In this document: positions 35,015 through 49,111 of the stretch, piece after piece
Numbering within the stretch: the stretch's first letter is position 1
How the letters are laid out: each line of letters opens with the position of its first letter
Origin: Octopus bimaculoides
Taxonomy: Eukaryota
Assembly: GCF_001194135.2 (NCBI RefSeq)
Contig: NC_068984.1
Span: forward strand, 91,945,882-92,009,881
DNA length: 64,000 nucleotides
Reading direction: 5' to 3'
Program-made: the position numbers and the translations under genes
Notes under the pieces: generated by a model
Seen by the model: the letters and a program-made list of their open reading frames with translations, nothing else
Told to the model about the DNA's origin: nothing
The model's database searches: none

Positions 35015-35170
35015 TGACAGTGGAGACATACAAGGAAGCCGAACGAAAACAAACATAGAGGCTCTTTTGAAAAAAATATTTCTCACAGCGTTCAATATTT
35101 TCCTCTCGTTCTGTTCTAACGATCCTCCATGTTTGTTTTCGTTCGGTTTCCTTGTATGTCTTCACTGTCA
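35015..35170. repeat. 47-bp inverted repeat with 3 mismatches and a 62-nt loop
   Basis: 35015-35061 matches the reverse complement of 35124-35170. Confidence 0.93.
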
Positions 35171-35470
35171 TGTTTTTGTTCCCAATTTTGACCTTCCATA
35201 AATCCTAAATTTTATTTTAGAATTCATGGGAGCAACTGTCATTGAATACTCAAAATGGGGAGTAGATAGACAGCCGACAACTGATGAAGGGTCCATTCTC
35301 TGTGTTTACTTGACCTGTTCTTCATTTTTTGTTTATGTTTTTCTTGCTGTTTGAACCGTCGGTGACGTCCTGTACCCATATATGCATGTGTGTGTGTGTG
35401 TGTGTATTATATATTATTTAATTGAACACCACGCATCCATTTCCAAGTAAGTTTATATATATATATATAC

Positions 35471-35632
35471 AAGCGCAAACGTGGCTGTGTAATAAAACGT
35501 TTGCTTCTCAGCACATGGTTCCGGGTTCCGTCCTGCTGTGTAGCACCTTGGACAGGTGTCTTCTACTATAACCTTGGGCCGATCAAAGCCTTATGGGTGG
35601 ATTTGGTTGATGGAAACTGAAAGAAGCCCATC
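35471..35632 (+). mobile_element. tRNA-derived SINE, family of 4605-4777
   Basis: gtggctgtgtaataaaacgtttgcttc...ccgggttccgtcc...gcaccttggacaggtgtcttctactata...gaaactgaaagaagccc. Confidence 0.88.
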
Positions 35633-36851
35633 ATATGTTTCGTTTTCCTGTCTTGTTTTTCGTCCGCCACTACCCTCCACGAAAACAATTTAATTTGTGT
35701 TCGTGGGAAGAACCATTTTAACGATGCGTACTGCCTTAATTCTTCGAAACGCCGGAGTTTTAATGGTGGCAGCTGATGAAGAGGATGTTTCTGTGTGGCC
35801 TGTTCGTTTGTTGCACCTTGTTTACCATTTTTGTCCTTGTTCTTTTGCCACGTCATGTACCCAGTTATGTATCTATATGTATATGTATATGTGGATGAAC
35901 GTATATACATACATGTACATATATAGGCATATACTCATATATTGTTTGTATCACGACAGAACGCACGCGTTACCTTTATACAGTAAGTTTTTTAACTATT
36001 TTTCTAACGCGACTCTCTCTATTTCTATCTCCCCCTCTCATTCTTCCCTCTACTGTTCTTCGCCTCTACCTNNNNNNNNNNNNNNNNNNNNNNNNNNNNN
36101 NNNNNNNNNNNNNNNNNNNNNNNNNNNNNNNNNNNNNNNNNNNNNNNNNNNNNNNNNNNNNNNNNNNNNNNNNNNNNNNNNNNNNNNNNNNNNNNNNNNN
36201 NNNNNNNNNNNNNNNNNNNNNNNNNNNNNNNNNNNNNNNNNNNNNNNNNNNNNNNNNNNNNNNNNNNNNNNNNNNNNNNNNNNNNNNNNNNNNNNNNNNN
36301 NNNNNNNNNNNNNNNNNNNNNNNNNNNNNNNNNNNNNNNNNNNNNNNNNNNNNNNNNNNNNNNNNNNNNNNNNNNNNNNNNNNNNNNNNNNNNNNNNNNN
36401 NNNNNNNNNNNNNNNNNNNNNNNNNNNNNNNNNNNNNNNNNNNNNNNNNNNNNNNNNNNNNNNNNNNNNNNNNNNNNNNNNNNNNNNNNNNNNNNNNNNN
36501 NNNNNNNNNNNNNNNNNNNNNNNNNNNNNNNNNNNNNNNNNNNNNNNNNNNNNNNNNNNNNNNNNNNNNNNNNNNNNNNNNNNNNNNNNNNNNNNNNNNN
36601 NNNNNNNNNNNNNNNNNNNNNNNNNNNNNNNNNNNNNNNNNNNNNNNNNNNNNNNNNNNNNNNNNNNNNNNNNNNNNNNNNNNNNNNNNNNNNNNNNNNN
36701 NNNNNNNNNNNNNNNNNNNNNNNNNNNNNNNNNNNNNNNNNNNNNNNNNNNNNNNNNNNNNNNNNNNNNNNNNNNNNNNNNNNNNNNNNNNNNNNNNNNN
36801 NNNNNNNNNNNNNNNNNNNNNNNNNNNNNNNNNNNNNNNNNNNNNNNNNNN

Positions 36852-36907
<56 letters not shown>

Positions 36908-36957
36908 CGTGTATGTTTGTGCTGTGTTTGCACGTATACTAAATACTGATTTCAAAT

Positions 36958-37160
36958 TTTGGCACAAGGTCGGCAATTTCGGGAAGGGTTAAAGTCGATT
37001 ACATCGAACCTAGTACTCAACAGGTACTTACTTTATCAACCTCGAAAGGATGAAAGGCAAAGTCGACCTCGACGGAATTTGAGCTCAGAACGTAAAGACG
37101 GACGAAATGCCGCTAAGAATTTTGCCCGGCGTGCTAACGATGCTGCCAGCTCTCCGCCTT
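36958..37160 (-). mobile_element. tRNA-derived SINE, a high-copy family in this window
   Basis: Reverse complement aaggcggagagctggcagcatcgttagcacgccggg...ttctgagctcaaattccgtcgaggtcgactttgcctttcatcc; homologous copies at 44451, 48612, 49112 and 49372. Confidence 0.9.
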
Positions 37161-37779
37161 AGGTGTCTACTAAATTTTTGATAAACGTGTTCAATACACC
37201 ATTCTTAGAAAATCTAAGATAATCTCTTCGTATATAAAATCATAAGAGAGATTCTCCTGACAGGACATGTGGTGCATTAGAGACCGAGTACCCTCTCATC
37301 TTTCTGTCTGCGGAGCGAATTGATAGAAAAAAAAACGAATGAAATTAAATCAACAAACCATAACCTGGCTATAATAGCTAGACTGATTTGGATATTGCGC
37401 GCTAGTTAATGGCATGATTAAATGATAAATAAACACAGCTTTTATTAGGAAAGCTAAGATAGTTTAGCTACTTCACTTTTCTTTATATGAAAAGAATAGC
37501 TAGATATTTTCATATCTCTTTAAAGTTCCGCCGTAAAAGGCATTAAAAACCGCTGCTTAACTACTTGAAATTTATGTTTTAATTATTTCAAATTTATCTT
37601 GGCTTAAGGAAGTTACACTGAGGATTGCAGTAGCTTACATGAAATTTTCGATATCAGCTGTTGTAACTTTCTGAAGCGTTTACATCTTAGGGCCAAAGTG
37701 TTTCCCTTTTCTATGAGAAAAACTGACAGTATATTTTTAAATGCCATGTACGCTTTTGACTTAATAGGATCGGTTATAC

Positions 37780-38470
37780 CTCGAACAAAAAGAGCATGAC
37801 CAAATATCTCCAGACGAAAAAAGTGCAGCTCCTGCAGTCAAGGAAACTCTAGTTAACTATAAAAATAAACAAAGCTTTAAAAGCATTTTCAAAGATCTCC
37901 CAAAATTAAGTGAAGCTCTCAAATAAATTATCCAAGAAACACGATCACCACTGAATGAAGCAAGAATCTCAGAGAAAACATATCTCGACGGTTGTAAGCC
38001 TTGTTTAGTGAACCAGCAACGGAAGTCCCACAAGACCAACCTACCAAAGACTGCCCATCACATGTATATCAGTTATGTTAACTTGATTGAAATCATAATG
38101 AAATGGAATCGTGATTTAATGGTAATGACCAAGACATACTGTTAGATGTTTGTTGCATCTCATTGTAATGTTTATCTGGTTCTCCTATAGGTAGAAAACA
38201 GAAGTTCTTCACGGGCCATGCCCAATTGCGGCTGATGTTACTAAAACTATTTACAACTATTCATGGCATAATGCTAGTCTCCAGAGAAATTGATTGTAAC
38301 TTCTACTAAATCCTGCTCTGGTGAGAGCTCTTTCAGTAGCCTAAAGTGAATGGGGACATGCCTAAATTAATTTTGTCAAAAATATTAACAAAATAATTAA
38401 CATTTTTTCTGCAAAGGAAGCTAAACAGCAATATTGCAAAAGACGCAGAACAGTTAGATTTTACCATGTT
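37780..38470 (+). mobile_element. Old hAT transposase C-terminal remnant
   Basis: MTKYLQTKKVQLLQSRKL, QSFKSIFKDLPKLSEAL, SCSGESSFSSLK (hATC SxERSFS-like) and IINIFSAKEA, spread over several frames. Confidence 0.5.
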
Positions 38471-38572
38471 TTTTGTCGATTGATGGATAGATGCTTTATT
38501 AGAAAACGGCATTTGTATTTTTATTTAAGCAAAATTTCGAGTAAATCCGACCTCTGGTGCCTTAAGCTTAAC

Positions 38573-38616
<44 letters not shown>

Positions 38617-39339
38617 GACACTCATGCATATATATATAGATTTATACGTATATATATCTATATGTACACATGAACATTTGTAACAGTTTACTATGATGTT
38701 ATCACTCTAGTCTTTGGACATGGTACCTTCCTAAATTACTTGATTGATTTATACGCTTGTATAAATGTGCGTGTGTGCATATATATNNNNNNNNNNNNNN
38801 NNNNNNNNNNNNNNNNNNNNNNNNNNNNNNNNNNNNNNNNNNNNNNNNNNNNNNNNNNNNNNNNNNNNNNNNNNNNNNNNNNNNNNNNNNNNNNNNNNNN
38901 NNNNNNNNNNNNNNNNNNNNNNNNNNNNNNNNNNNNNNNNNNNNNNNNNNNNNNNNNNNNNNNNNNNNNNNNNNNNNNNNNNNNNNNNNNNNNNNNNNNN
39001 NNNNNNNNNNNNNNNNNNNNNNNNNNNNNNNNNNNNNNNNNNNNNNNNNNNNNNNNNNNNNNNNNNNNNNNNNNNNNNNNNNNNNNNNNNNNNNNNNNNN
39101 NNNNNNNNNNNNNNNNNNNNNNNNNNNNNNNNNNNNNNNNNNNNNNNNNNNNNNNNNNNNNNNNNNNNNNNNNNNNNNNNNNNNNNNNNNNNNNNNNNNN
39201 NNNNNNNNNNNNNNNNNNNNNNNNNNNNNNNNNNNNNNNNNNNNNNNNNNNNNNNNNNNNNNNNNNNNNNNNNNNNNNNNNNNNNNNNNNNNNNNNNNNN
39301 NNNNNNNNNNNNNNNNNNNNNNNATATAATGAAATGAAA

Positions 39340-39514
39340 TATTAAAATATGTAATATGCACATATGAAAATAACAATAAAATAAGTAAACGTAAATAATA
39401 ATTTATTAATAAAAATTAATAAAAATAAAAATTATAACAATATTCAGACTATGGTAAGTTAAACAGACATAAGTAAAATAATAAAAATAATAATAATAGG
39501 TAATAAATATCATA

Positions 39515-39583
<69 letters not shown>

Positions 39584-39830
39584 AGGTAATAAATATTATA
39601 GAATAATATAAGTAATAATAAGCGGTAATAAATATCATAAAATAAATAAAAATTAATTTAAAAATAAATGAAATAAAATGAAAATAAAAATGAAATGAAA
39701 AATATATAATATAAATAGAAATATATGTGGGTAAGATAAAAAATAATAAATATAAAAGTAAAAATAAGAATAAAAATAAAATTAAAAATGAAATAGAAAT
39801 GAAATAAAGTAAAGATTCAAATTCAAATAA
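39340..39830. repeat. Extremely A/T-rich low-complexity tract containing (AAT)n
   Basis: Direct inspection. Confidence 0.9.
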
Positions 39831-40878
39831 AGGGTTTTTATTTTTGTGTGTATATTTGAATAGTGTTATTTGGTTTGAAATAGCACAATAGTTAACCAAT
39901 GTTTAGAATTCCATGTTATTCCTTGTACACTCACATTTCAATCAAATATTGAACGTTCTTCGACTTTAGTTTGGTATCATATATGCTTGAAAAATTCATA
40001 GAGCGTACATTCGATATCAAAAGAAAACGGGAGCGTTTGTGTAAGTGTTTTTATTAATCGTATGCGTGTTTCAGTAGCAAATTCTGTAGTGTGCGATAAT
40101 TGTTACGTGAGCGATTACATAATAGGGGTAGAAATGCCAGATTTTCAAAAAACTCATGTAATTAATTTATGTATTGTATAACAACATAAGTTGGTTGACA
40201 GTGAAAATACGACTGTATGCAATCTTCACAGAAAATTCTTTCTATAGCAATTAAGAAAAGAAATGTGTAGTTTTACATTATTAATGAAATAAAAAAGGAA
40301 AAGTAGTCTTTATATCTCAGAGTAAAAGAAAGTCAACTATTCAAACTATTATAGTTCAAAGAGATCACTAAGTTAACCATGGGAAATGGTTTTGAAGGTG
40401 GGTGTTGTAAGATACGGTGGTATATTAATTAGGGAAAACAGGTTGAACATATACATACACTTACGCATACACGCTCGAGCACGCACTCACAGAGAAGCAC
40501 ACATATACGCACAAACATAATATTTTATCTATCAACATCCTTCCGTATGTATATATACATTTACATACGTATAATCATACACATATACGAAAGGCCGTAT
40601 AAGTTCAAATACACACACACACACAAACACACACACGCGCACGCACGCACGCACACATACGCGCGCGCACGTATATTTACATGGACAGTTGATATTTATC
40701 TTCACATACTCTACAAGTATACACACGCAATCCCGATTCTAAACAAGAAATCAAGCTGCAAGTTTCTCGATGGTTATCGAGTCAGGTTGGAAAATGAAAT
40801 TAAAAAACTTAGTCATTTGGTTTTAAGATATGACAAGTATTCTTGTTCATATATCAGTCTAGTTCGTGAGATTAAATT

Positions 40879-40950
<72 letters not shown>

Positions 40951-40963
40951 AAATAATAATAAT

Positions 40964-41237
40964 AGCCATACGCTGAGAGGAATTCTTTGGAGTTTGGATA
41001 ATTCACGTTTGGAAATGTGGGTGTTTCGTTCATCATCCTCAAACAACCCTTATTTAGGGACCTTTTGAGCACGGTCATGCGCTGTTTATCTTGATATGAG
41101 ATCACCATGTCGCGCTCATATGGTTGTGATGTATGTGCCTGGTGTACCCTTATCAAACGGGTAGTCATGATGGGTACTCTGGACTTGGTATAGTTTACCC
41201 CAGTGTCCCTTTGATGGCATGCACTGCTCTCTCACTC

Positions 41238-41250
<13 letters not shown>
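40964..41250 (+). mobile_element. 3' half of the non-coding (AAT)n-tailed retroposon; family of 9806-10090
   Basis: Overlaps the 9806-9855 sequence; ends ctctctcactc-(AAT)n; preceded by (CTA)n/(ATA)n. Confidence 0.65.
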
Positions 41251-41287
<37 letters not shown>

Positions 41288-42099
41288 CAACAACCACAAT
41301 AATAATGATTAAATTGTACATGAATCATTTTTATGAAGAGGATAAGGTAATGCTATTCGACAGTCATTCGAAAAGTCTTTATATATGTATCGTAGAGTTG
41401 TATCTTGCTCACTATATTTATTAGTATCGAAATTTGAATCTCTTGAGAGCGTAGACTCTACTATTATTTACCTAATCTCTACAGAATTCTTTCGTAAAAT
41501 TTAAACTTCAGAATTCTATGTTTACAGTAGAATAAAAAAAAACTTTCTTTTTTTTTAAAGGTGAAGTAGCAGCGATTTAGTAGACCGTAGTTCATATTCT
41601 TTCCTACTAATGCTGTAAGAAGGATCTGTTGCTATGATGTCTTAAATTAGTTCATCCTTAGTATTCGAAGAATTAAGCTTAAAAATGTAATTAGCAAGTC
41701 TAGTCGAATTACGTAATTTTTATTGCCACAGCCATGTGTGTGTATATTAAAGTGGTGTTTAAAAGAACTCAATGTAGATCCTATATAATAACAAGTATCT
41801 GTTGATGTAATGACACTACCTGTAGATCTCCTTGAGTGACAAGCAGCTACCTTAAAGGGAACAATTTCAAGTCGTGGCAGTTGGATTCAACTTTATTATT
41901 CAATTTTTGAGTATCTTTTATGTTATTACTGTTTTAAACTCCGTGGTTATGTGCCTATTCATACTACAGAAATTTAATTTTGTTAAACTTGTTAGATTTA
42001 TTATAGCTCTCTGCGTTATTTACCTAGCGATAACCTCTCATGTGGACTCGTGGTGCATATTTCTAATGCTAAACCTACTCGAGGAATGTTTCTTGTCTA

Positions 42100-44045
42100 C
42101 AAGAAGATAAGCAATTAGAAAGCAGCTGAACCTGGAAGTGTTCAAGAGTATTAGATACAGAAGCTGTCAAGCTGCCATAAAAGAATAGCAGAAGAGCTTA
42201 ATGCACTTATCAGCGGAAATGAAGAGATTCCTGTGACGGTAATTACCGGATGAACAATACGACATTTAAAGGATGCTTAAAAAATGGAATACTGTGGTTA
42301 ATTAATGATCCATATTATGTCTCACACTGATGTGGAAGCTGTTCACAGGAAGAATCGCTGATGAAATATATACATTTCTTGATGATAACAAAATTATCCT
42401 TGTTGAGGTGAAGGACTGTAAACGGAATTGCAAGGAACTAAATACCATTTACTAACAGACACAATGGGAAGATAGTAAACGAAAGGTGACAATATTAGCG
42501 ATGGCCTAGATAAATTACCACAAGGCTTATGACATGATACCATATTCATGGATCATTCAAGAGTTTTTTGCGAAAAGAACATGGAAAGTTAGAAGACTGA
42601 GTTCACATCTAATGGACAGAACCTTGAAACTTAAGAATCAAGAAAAGAATTTTCAAGGAGAATGTGTTTTCTTTACAATTTGTTTTATATATGATTCCAT
42701 CAAGATTGTTACTGAGAAAAGTAACAACTGAATACGATTTTAAAGAAAAGCAGCCAAAGACCAACTATTTATTATTCATGTATGATCGCGAGCTGCAAGG
42801 TAAGGATAAAGCTCAAGTCTTCTTTAGTATGCGCAGATCGTTGCTTTAGCAAGGACATCAAAATGAAATTTGATCTACAAGAAAATGTGAAATATTCCTG
42901 ACGAGAGGGCAAGCCAACAGATATGAAGGTATAGAACTACTATCAGGGGAAATCATGAAAATGATTAATGATGCTGGGTAAAAAAAAACTGAGCATATTG
43001 GAAGTGAATGAAGTGATGGAAGAAGAAATGAAGAAAAACTTTACGCAAGAGTATCACTGCAAAGTTAGACTCGTGTTGCACTCAAAAACAATTAAAACAA
43101 TTAATACACAAGCGATTGCATCATTGAAGTATAATATAGGTATTCTCAATTGGAGAGAATAGAAGTTACAGAGGCTCGACCAGAAATCGAGAAAACTACT
43201 CAAAATGCACCGAGTATTCCAACCAAGGATCCTGTTGACAGGCTATATTTAACCAAGCACAAAAGTATGCGAGGGCTAATCCACTGTGAAAGTTGCATAT
43301 GTACAGAAGAAAATAGCTTGCACGTGGTATATTAAGAGTGCCATAGATCCCCTGCTGGTTCAGATGAGAATATTTGGTAGAGTCAGGACAACTGCTTGCG
43401 TGGAGACAGAAGAGTACAAAGAAACAAAGCGTCGAGAAGACGAAAGAAAATGGAATACGGAAACAGCAAATAATATTGACTGATTGCCGATAAAGGAAGT
43501 TTTGCTTCCAAGTAAGTTCAGAGTTACTTCACTTGGTATCTGGAGCTGAAGAGAACTAAAGAGTTCGAAATGCAGCCATTAGTCAAAGAGAGAATGCACT
43601 GAGCTGTCTATGTACTCTTACACATTTCTCCAGGACAAACTGCAATGAAAACCCGTCATAGATTTTAAAATCCCTCAAACATATTTGAACTGCTCTTAAA
43701 TCTGTTTATTTCCCGTCATTGCTTCGCACATCTAATCACTATTTTGTTCCGGGCTGGCAACCAATCAGTCAGTTTCTCATAAAAAATGCATCGCTTCCTA
43801 ATCAGTTCAGAGTTATGAGGAAATGGCCGCTTGGTGCCAGCATACAACGGAAAAGCTAATGGATGGAATCAGGAAGGCAAACATACTACGGGACTTTGAT
43901 TTCTAGACAGACAGACCGACAGACAGACAGACAGACAGGGTGTTAGACACCGGAGGCCGGATGAAGTAGCCTTTAGGAGGAACACGCAGGAGTGCCTTAT
44001 AATTGACATGGCAGTGACAGGAGATCAATATATTACTTTTACACA
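42100..44045 (+). mobile_element. Heavily decayed R4/Dong-like LINE (RT to RLE)
   Basis: LMWKLFTG, KAYDMIPYSWI, LLFMYD, VDRLYL..RGLIHCE, and LRDFDF*TDRQ..HRRPD...ECLIIDMAVTGDQ with a (GACA)n expansion. Confidence 0.8.
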
Positions 44046-44450
44046 GTTACAATTAGTAGATAAATACACTTCAAATCATGACCTGCCATCTGAAGAAATG
44101 AAGGATACATCAAAATATGTAGCCCTCAATCATTGGTTCCCAAACGTTGCAGCTTACACTTTTCAAAGTTTAAGTTTTTGAAAATTCATACTGAAACATC
44201 AGCGTACTACCCTTCCTCTATGATTAAACTATGAAAAGATTTACAGCTTTGACCGTAATTTTCACCAATGCGAGTTTTTGTTCCCTTATGTTTTAGTTCA
44301 CATACCTTAACTGGACAGTAACCTTTGGGATTAGGATCGAGAATGTTGTCTGAAGCCAATCTTGCTATAGATACTTTCAGTAATACTGTCGTCCCTTAAA
44401 GGTCAATTCTAGATGTTCACCCAGTATTCTCTCTGTAAATATTCTTACTG

Positions 44451-44587
44451 GCGGTGAGCTAGCAGAATCGTTAGCGCGTGGAACAAAATTCTCGTGGTAT
44501 TTCTTCTGGTCTTTAAGTTCTGAGTTCATATTCTTCTAAGGTCGAATTTGCCTTTCATTTTTTAGGAATCGATAAAAGAAAGTACCA
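44451..44587 (+). mobile_element. tRNA-derived SINE, family of 36958-37160
   Basis: ggcggtgagctagcagaatcgttagc...ttctgagttcata...aggtcgaatttgcctttcat. Confidence 0.8.
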
Positions 44588-44661
44588 ATCTCGTACGGCG
44601 TCGTTGTATTCAACAAACCTACATCCTTTGAAAATGCCGAACTTGTACCAAAATTTGAAAT

Positions 44662-44710
<49 letters not shown>

Positions 44711-44839
44711 GTCTACTGCATCCAAATATTGAGAAGCTCATTTTCACATATGAAACGCAAATATAAAAAATCTATTGTTTTAAAATAGATCTCTGATATA
44801 GAAATGCTATACACAGGATAAACAACATGTTCTTTATTC

Positions 44840-45092
44840 CCAGTGATATCCACTGGTGTGAAGGTGCATTATTTTATATTGCTCCAGTCTACTCAGCTGG
44901 CAAAATGAATAGTACCTGTAATTCAAAGGGCCAGCCTTGTCATATTCTGTGTAACGCTGAATCTCTCTGAGAACTATGTTAATAGTATGTGTGTCTATGG
45001 AGTGTTCAACCACTTGCACTTTAATTTCTTGAAAAGGCTGTTCAGCTGATCCGATCAACTGGAACCCTGGTCTTCGTAACCGACGGAGTGAA
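44840..45092 (+). mobile_element. SINE with a central ccagtctactcagctg motif; tail shared with 1-55
   Basis: gggccagccttgtc...gctgaatctctctgagaac...gatcaactggaaccctggtcttcgtaaccgacggagtg. Confidence 0.75.
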
Positions 45093-46679
45093 TGCCGGTT
45101 ATTCACTGAACCCGTCAGATTTACAAACTTTGCAAGTGGTCAAAATTCCTGTTGATCAATATGCGTAGATTAGGTAGAATGCAAAGCGTGAACAATACCA
45201 AATATTTTCCAATGTCAGTTAACTAACCAGTTGTATTTACCATATCTCTATAAATCTATGAACATTTGAAAGCTACACAATTTCAGTGCATATCAGCATG
45301 ATATCCTGATACATACCGTGTTTAATAAGATTCAGAAAAAATCCTCATAAAAACTATTGCTATTTAGGTGATTGACTTTATGAAAAGCCTACGCCATCTC
45401 GCTATTGTAGCTTAGAAGTTGAAGATTGTTTCGTATACATCTCTTTGGAACAGTGTATGCTGACGTATGTACCACAACGACACCCGTGACAAGCATCTTG
45501 GTTATATTTTAGTGGCAGAATTAAGGATGAAAAATTATCTTCAAATATTTTACTCATGCAACTGTTTCCTTGAAAATATACATTATGCTGTGTATTGTAT
45601 TACTAATTCTGTATTCTGATGCTCTATTTTCATCCTTCTTAACTGAAATTCTTCTGCTTAATTATGTTCAAGAGCTGGACATATGTTTTAGGAAATAAGA
45701 TATACTAACGCATCACTTTTTGAAGTAAAATTGCAATGACCTACTTTATAGTAAGTCTACATTTTATGCAGTAAGTTGTTGACTTCAACAGCTTATAAAT
45801 GATGTTAGACTTTTAAATTCTTCTTGTAAAATCAAAATAGATATAGTATATCTAAATAATTACTAAGTGTTAGTGGCTTACATTTTACTCTTTGTGTTCA
45901 TTTACACATCTTTTTCGTTTTGAAGCTAGTTCTAAACGATTATTTTGAACAGAATGTATTGCTCGTAACAAACATGATATCTTAAAATCAAGAAATATGC
46001 ATTGAAATGAAAAATAAAGTTTTCGAAGTTTTAATTGAAATGTCTCGCCTTATATTTTTTTATAAATATAAATATGCAAACTAAAAAAAAAAAGTTATGT
46101 ACATATAGTAGATATGTTCAGAGTGTATTGACAGTTGTTCCTTTTGTGTGTCCCAGTGCGTTTGTTTTCAAACAAATGAATTGAAATTTTATCTCATGCC
46201 TTCTCTGATGTCTTTGATATTTGTACAATACGTCAACTTGTAAATATGCAGAAAATGTAAGGCTCTTGGATTCATTTCATTCCAATCTAATATGTAATAC
46301 ATATTTTTGCATATTACAGTCCATCAGAAACACATTTCAATATTTCAATATTTACTTATAAATTACTTTATAAGAGATGAATTGTATTACGTTTTATCAT
46401 TATAGTTATAAGATTATTCAGAAATAACCTTAATAAGTTCTCTTAGCAACTGAAAGTCAGAAAACAAGATTAAAGACTTTGCACCTTAACTTCCTGATGC
46501 TGAAAACTCAGCAGCCAATTACATCTACATCTAAGTGTTTTAGCAGAGTACACCTCTATAAAAAAACACTAACAAACAAAACAAAACAAAGAAAACTAAC
46601 AAAAAGCGAGTGTTTCATTAAATTATTTTGATGAACTTAAGACTTCCAATGAGTATGGTAATGATAATGAGAAACTATT

Positions 46680-47500
46680 TTCAGTAACTTCTTGAGAACC
46701 AATGTCTCAATCTTCGCAACACTTATTCTTATAAGCGAACTCATTTAGTACATACCAAGTATCACCAATTCGTCTGCATATATCAATCGACCAATTATAT
46801 ACCCACCGATCTTGATGCCACTGCCATTACGTATGTGCTTCTCAATCCAGTTCATTTTGTCACTTTTCCTTTGAGAAGTGATACTTTGCATCTCTCTGAC
46901 GAAGACCAACATCTAGGTTGAAAAGCTTCGACTTTGCACAATTTACCCAAGCTCAAATATTTGGTTACTCGTATAGGAACTTCACGGTAACTAGAAATTA
47001 CCCACTGATTTCATACTCCCGCAAAAAACCTTCCACATTATATCCTGCAGCACGCGTCCATATGCCTTTCCGTGGTCTACTAAGCAAGCATACACCAGTT
47101 GACAATATTCACCCGATTTCTCGATGATTTGCCATAGATTGAACATTTGCTGCCTCCAGTACAAAATCCACACGGTTCTTCAGCTAACTTGGTTCGACAA
47201 TGTCCCTACATTCCTTTTCCAGACATCTGGCGTAGTCTTTCCTGGAGAGGTTCAACAAAGTGTTTCACCTATAATTAGAGCTCTTGCTTTCTCTTGACGA
47301 CCTTTAAAAAATTGGGATTAATATTCTCGGATTGTCGTTGCTTTTTGCTTTTCCAGAGGTCCATGTTACCTGGAATACACGAGTAAGCCTGATTAATAGC
47401 TCCCCTATTTAAGGCTTTTAACATCTCAGACCGAATTAAAGCCTCCTCAGCGTCCTTATCACATTTGAGCTTAGTTTTCGTCCCTAGATGCATTGCGTGT
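46680..47500 (-). mobile_element. RTE-like LINE reverse transcriptase fragment
   Basis: QMFNLWQIIEKSGEYCQLVYACLVDHGKAYGRV, VGLRQ, MNWIEK, YADE. Confidence 0.72.
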
Positions 47501-48274
47501 CTACGAGATTTTATTGTAGCTGGATTTAGATCAACAGAGTAGTCTCTCTATCTTAAGAGTGTTCTTTTCTGTGAAGAGAAGAACCCCAATCGAGTTTTTA
47601 ATGGCAGGGAGAGTATTTCGTTACGAAGTTGATGGTAGTACAATTGATGTAATTTCTATTCACTAACCACGCAAAGTGGAAATGACACGTATCCTATTTC
47701 TGAAAAACGATACGGTCTTTTGAAAAATCGTTATTTGTGCCGTGTACAGCAAGATATAGAAAGATTATTCTCGTATTTATTTTTCTTACATCTGGGCAAG
47801 TTCAAACGCAAAATAAAGTGGTTAAAGTAGTGTACGTCATGGGAGAACAGCTTCTCTCTTCTACGACGTTAGTGTCCAACACACTTGGCTTACAGTCGCA
47901 CGGAATTCTGTTAAAACACCGATGTCCCAGAATCCCGTATGTCATTGAGCCGAGAGTGTCGTTGTAAAAAGAGAGACGTTATTCTCCCCACAGCTTACAC
48001 AACAGCAATCAGCATCGTCTTGTATTCAGATATTTAATTTAATGAGATTAAAAAATCTAATTGGAAACACTTATGAGGAAGCCAAACTGATGAGGAAAAA
48101 CTAACATTAGCTTCGATAAATATTGTTCTAATAACTGCATCAAATACAAATTTCAATCTTATCAGCGGCACAAAAGTTGTATTTAGTAAAGTAGGGATAA
48201 AAAAAATCGTGAAATAGACGAAATAGCGCACAAAAGGTGTGGAAACTCACATAGCAATAATAATAATAATAATG

Positions 48275-48348
<74 letters not shown>

Positions 48349-48611
48349 CAAACAAACAAACAAACAAACACACACAACAAACACACAAAAACAAAAACAA
48401 ACAAACACAATTTTCTTATGGATTCTTAAACATTCTCTAGAACAACACTATGTACAAATCCAAATATATGGTACCCTAGGCATAACACCTACATGAACTT
48501 CTAATTTGTTATCTCTTGAGGTCTCTGGGTGAGACTTGGATCCAACTTGTACAAATGCAAAACAAAAGTCAAACATAAAATAATAATAATAATAATAATA
48601 GCAACAGTTTA

Positions 48612-48808
48612 TTCTATAGGTAGAAAGCCTGAAATTTTCGGGGAGGGTAATAGTCGATTACATCGACTCCAGTACTCGACTGGTACTTAATTCATCGACC
48701 CCGACAGGATGGAAGGCAAAGTCGACCTCGGCGGAATTTGAACTCAGAACGTAAAGACGGACGAAATACCATGAAGCATTTTGACCGGCGTGTTAACGAC
48801 TCTGCCAA
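48612..48808 (-). mobile_element. tRNA-derived SINE, family of 36958-37160, within (AAT)n
   Basis: ggcaaagtcgacctcggcggaatttgaactcagaacgtaaagacggacgaaatacc. Confidence 0.9.
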
Positions 48809-48819
48809 TAATAATAATA

Positions 48820-49088
48820 ATATGCGAACATTAAAGGTCATGCCTATCATAATTTGGGCGCTGAGATCAGTAAGCCAAGATATAGACAAATGGCTGAGGG
48901 AGATCGAAATGGAATACCCGGTAGAGCTCCTGTAGAAAGTTTGTCTCTTAGGGAGAGCAAGGATTATCAGGAGGATCCTAAGCACTTGTAAGACTGCCGA
49001 AAACTCGTGGATACCTAAGATTACAGGTAGTAACCCGCTATCCACATAATCTCTACCAGGAATAAGGCCGAATCTGAGACAAACCAGA
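48820..49088 (+). mobile_element. Short 3' end of a Dong-like LINE within (AAT)n
   Basis: LKVMPIIIWALRSVSQDIDKWLREIEMEYPVELL*KVCLLGRARIIRRILST* followed by a 3' UTR and aataataat. Confidence 0.82.
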
Positions 49089-49111
49089 ATAATAATGATA
49101 AAAATAATCCC

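Noticed and set aside
35278-35320. CTGATGA as a possible hammerhead ribozyme core
   Set aside because: No properly spaced stem II, GAAA or cleavage triplet follows; the same holds for the CTGATGAG at about 48087.
37772-38130. Possible host exon after an AG acceptor (GSVIPRTKEHDQ...)
   Set aside because: Neighbouring frames give hAT-like motifs (TKYLQ, SGESSFSSLK), so a transposase remnant is more parsimonious.
41874-42110. 78-aa hydrophobic ORF resembling a membrane protein
   Set aside because: The hydrophobicity is explained by T-rich composition; no motif, splice or homology support.
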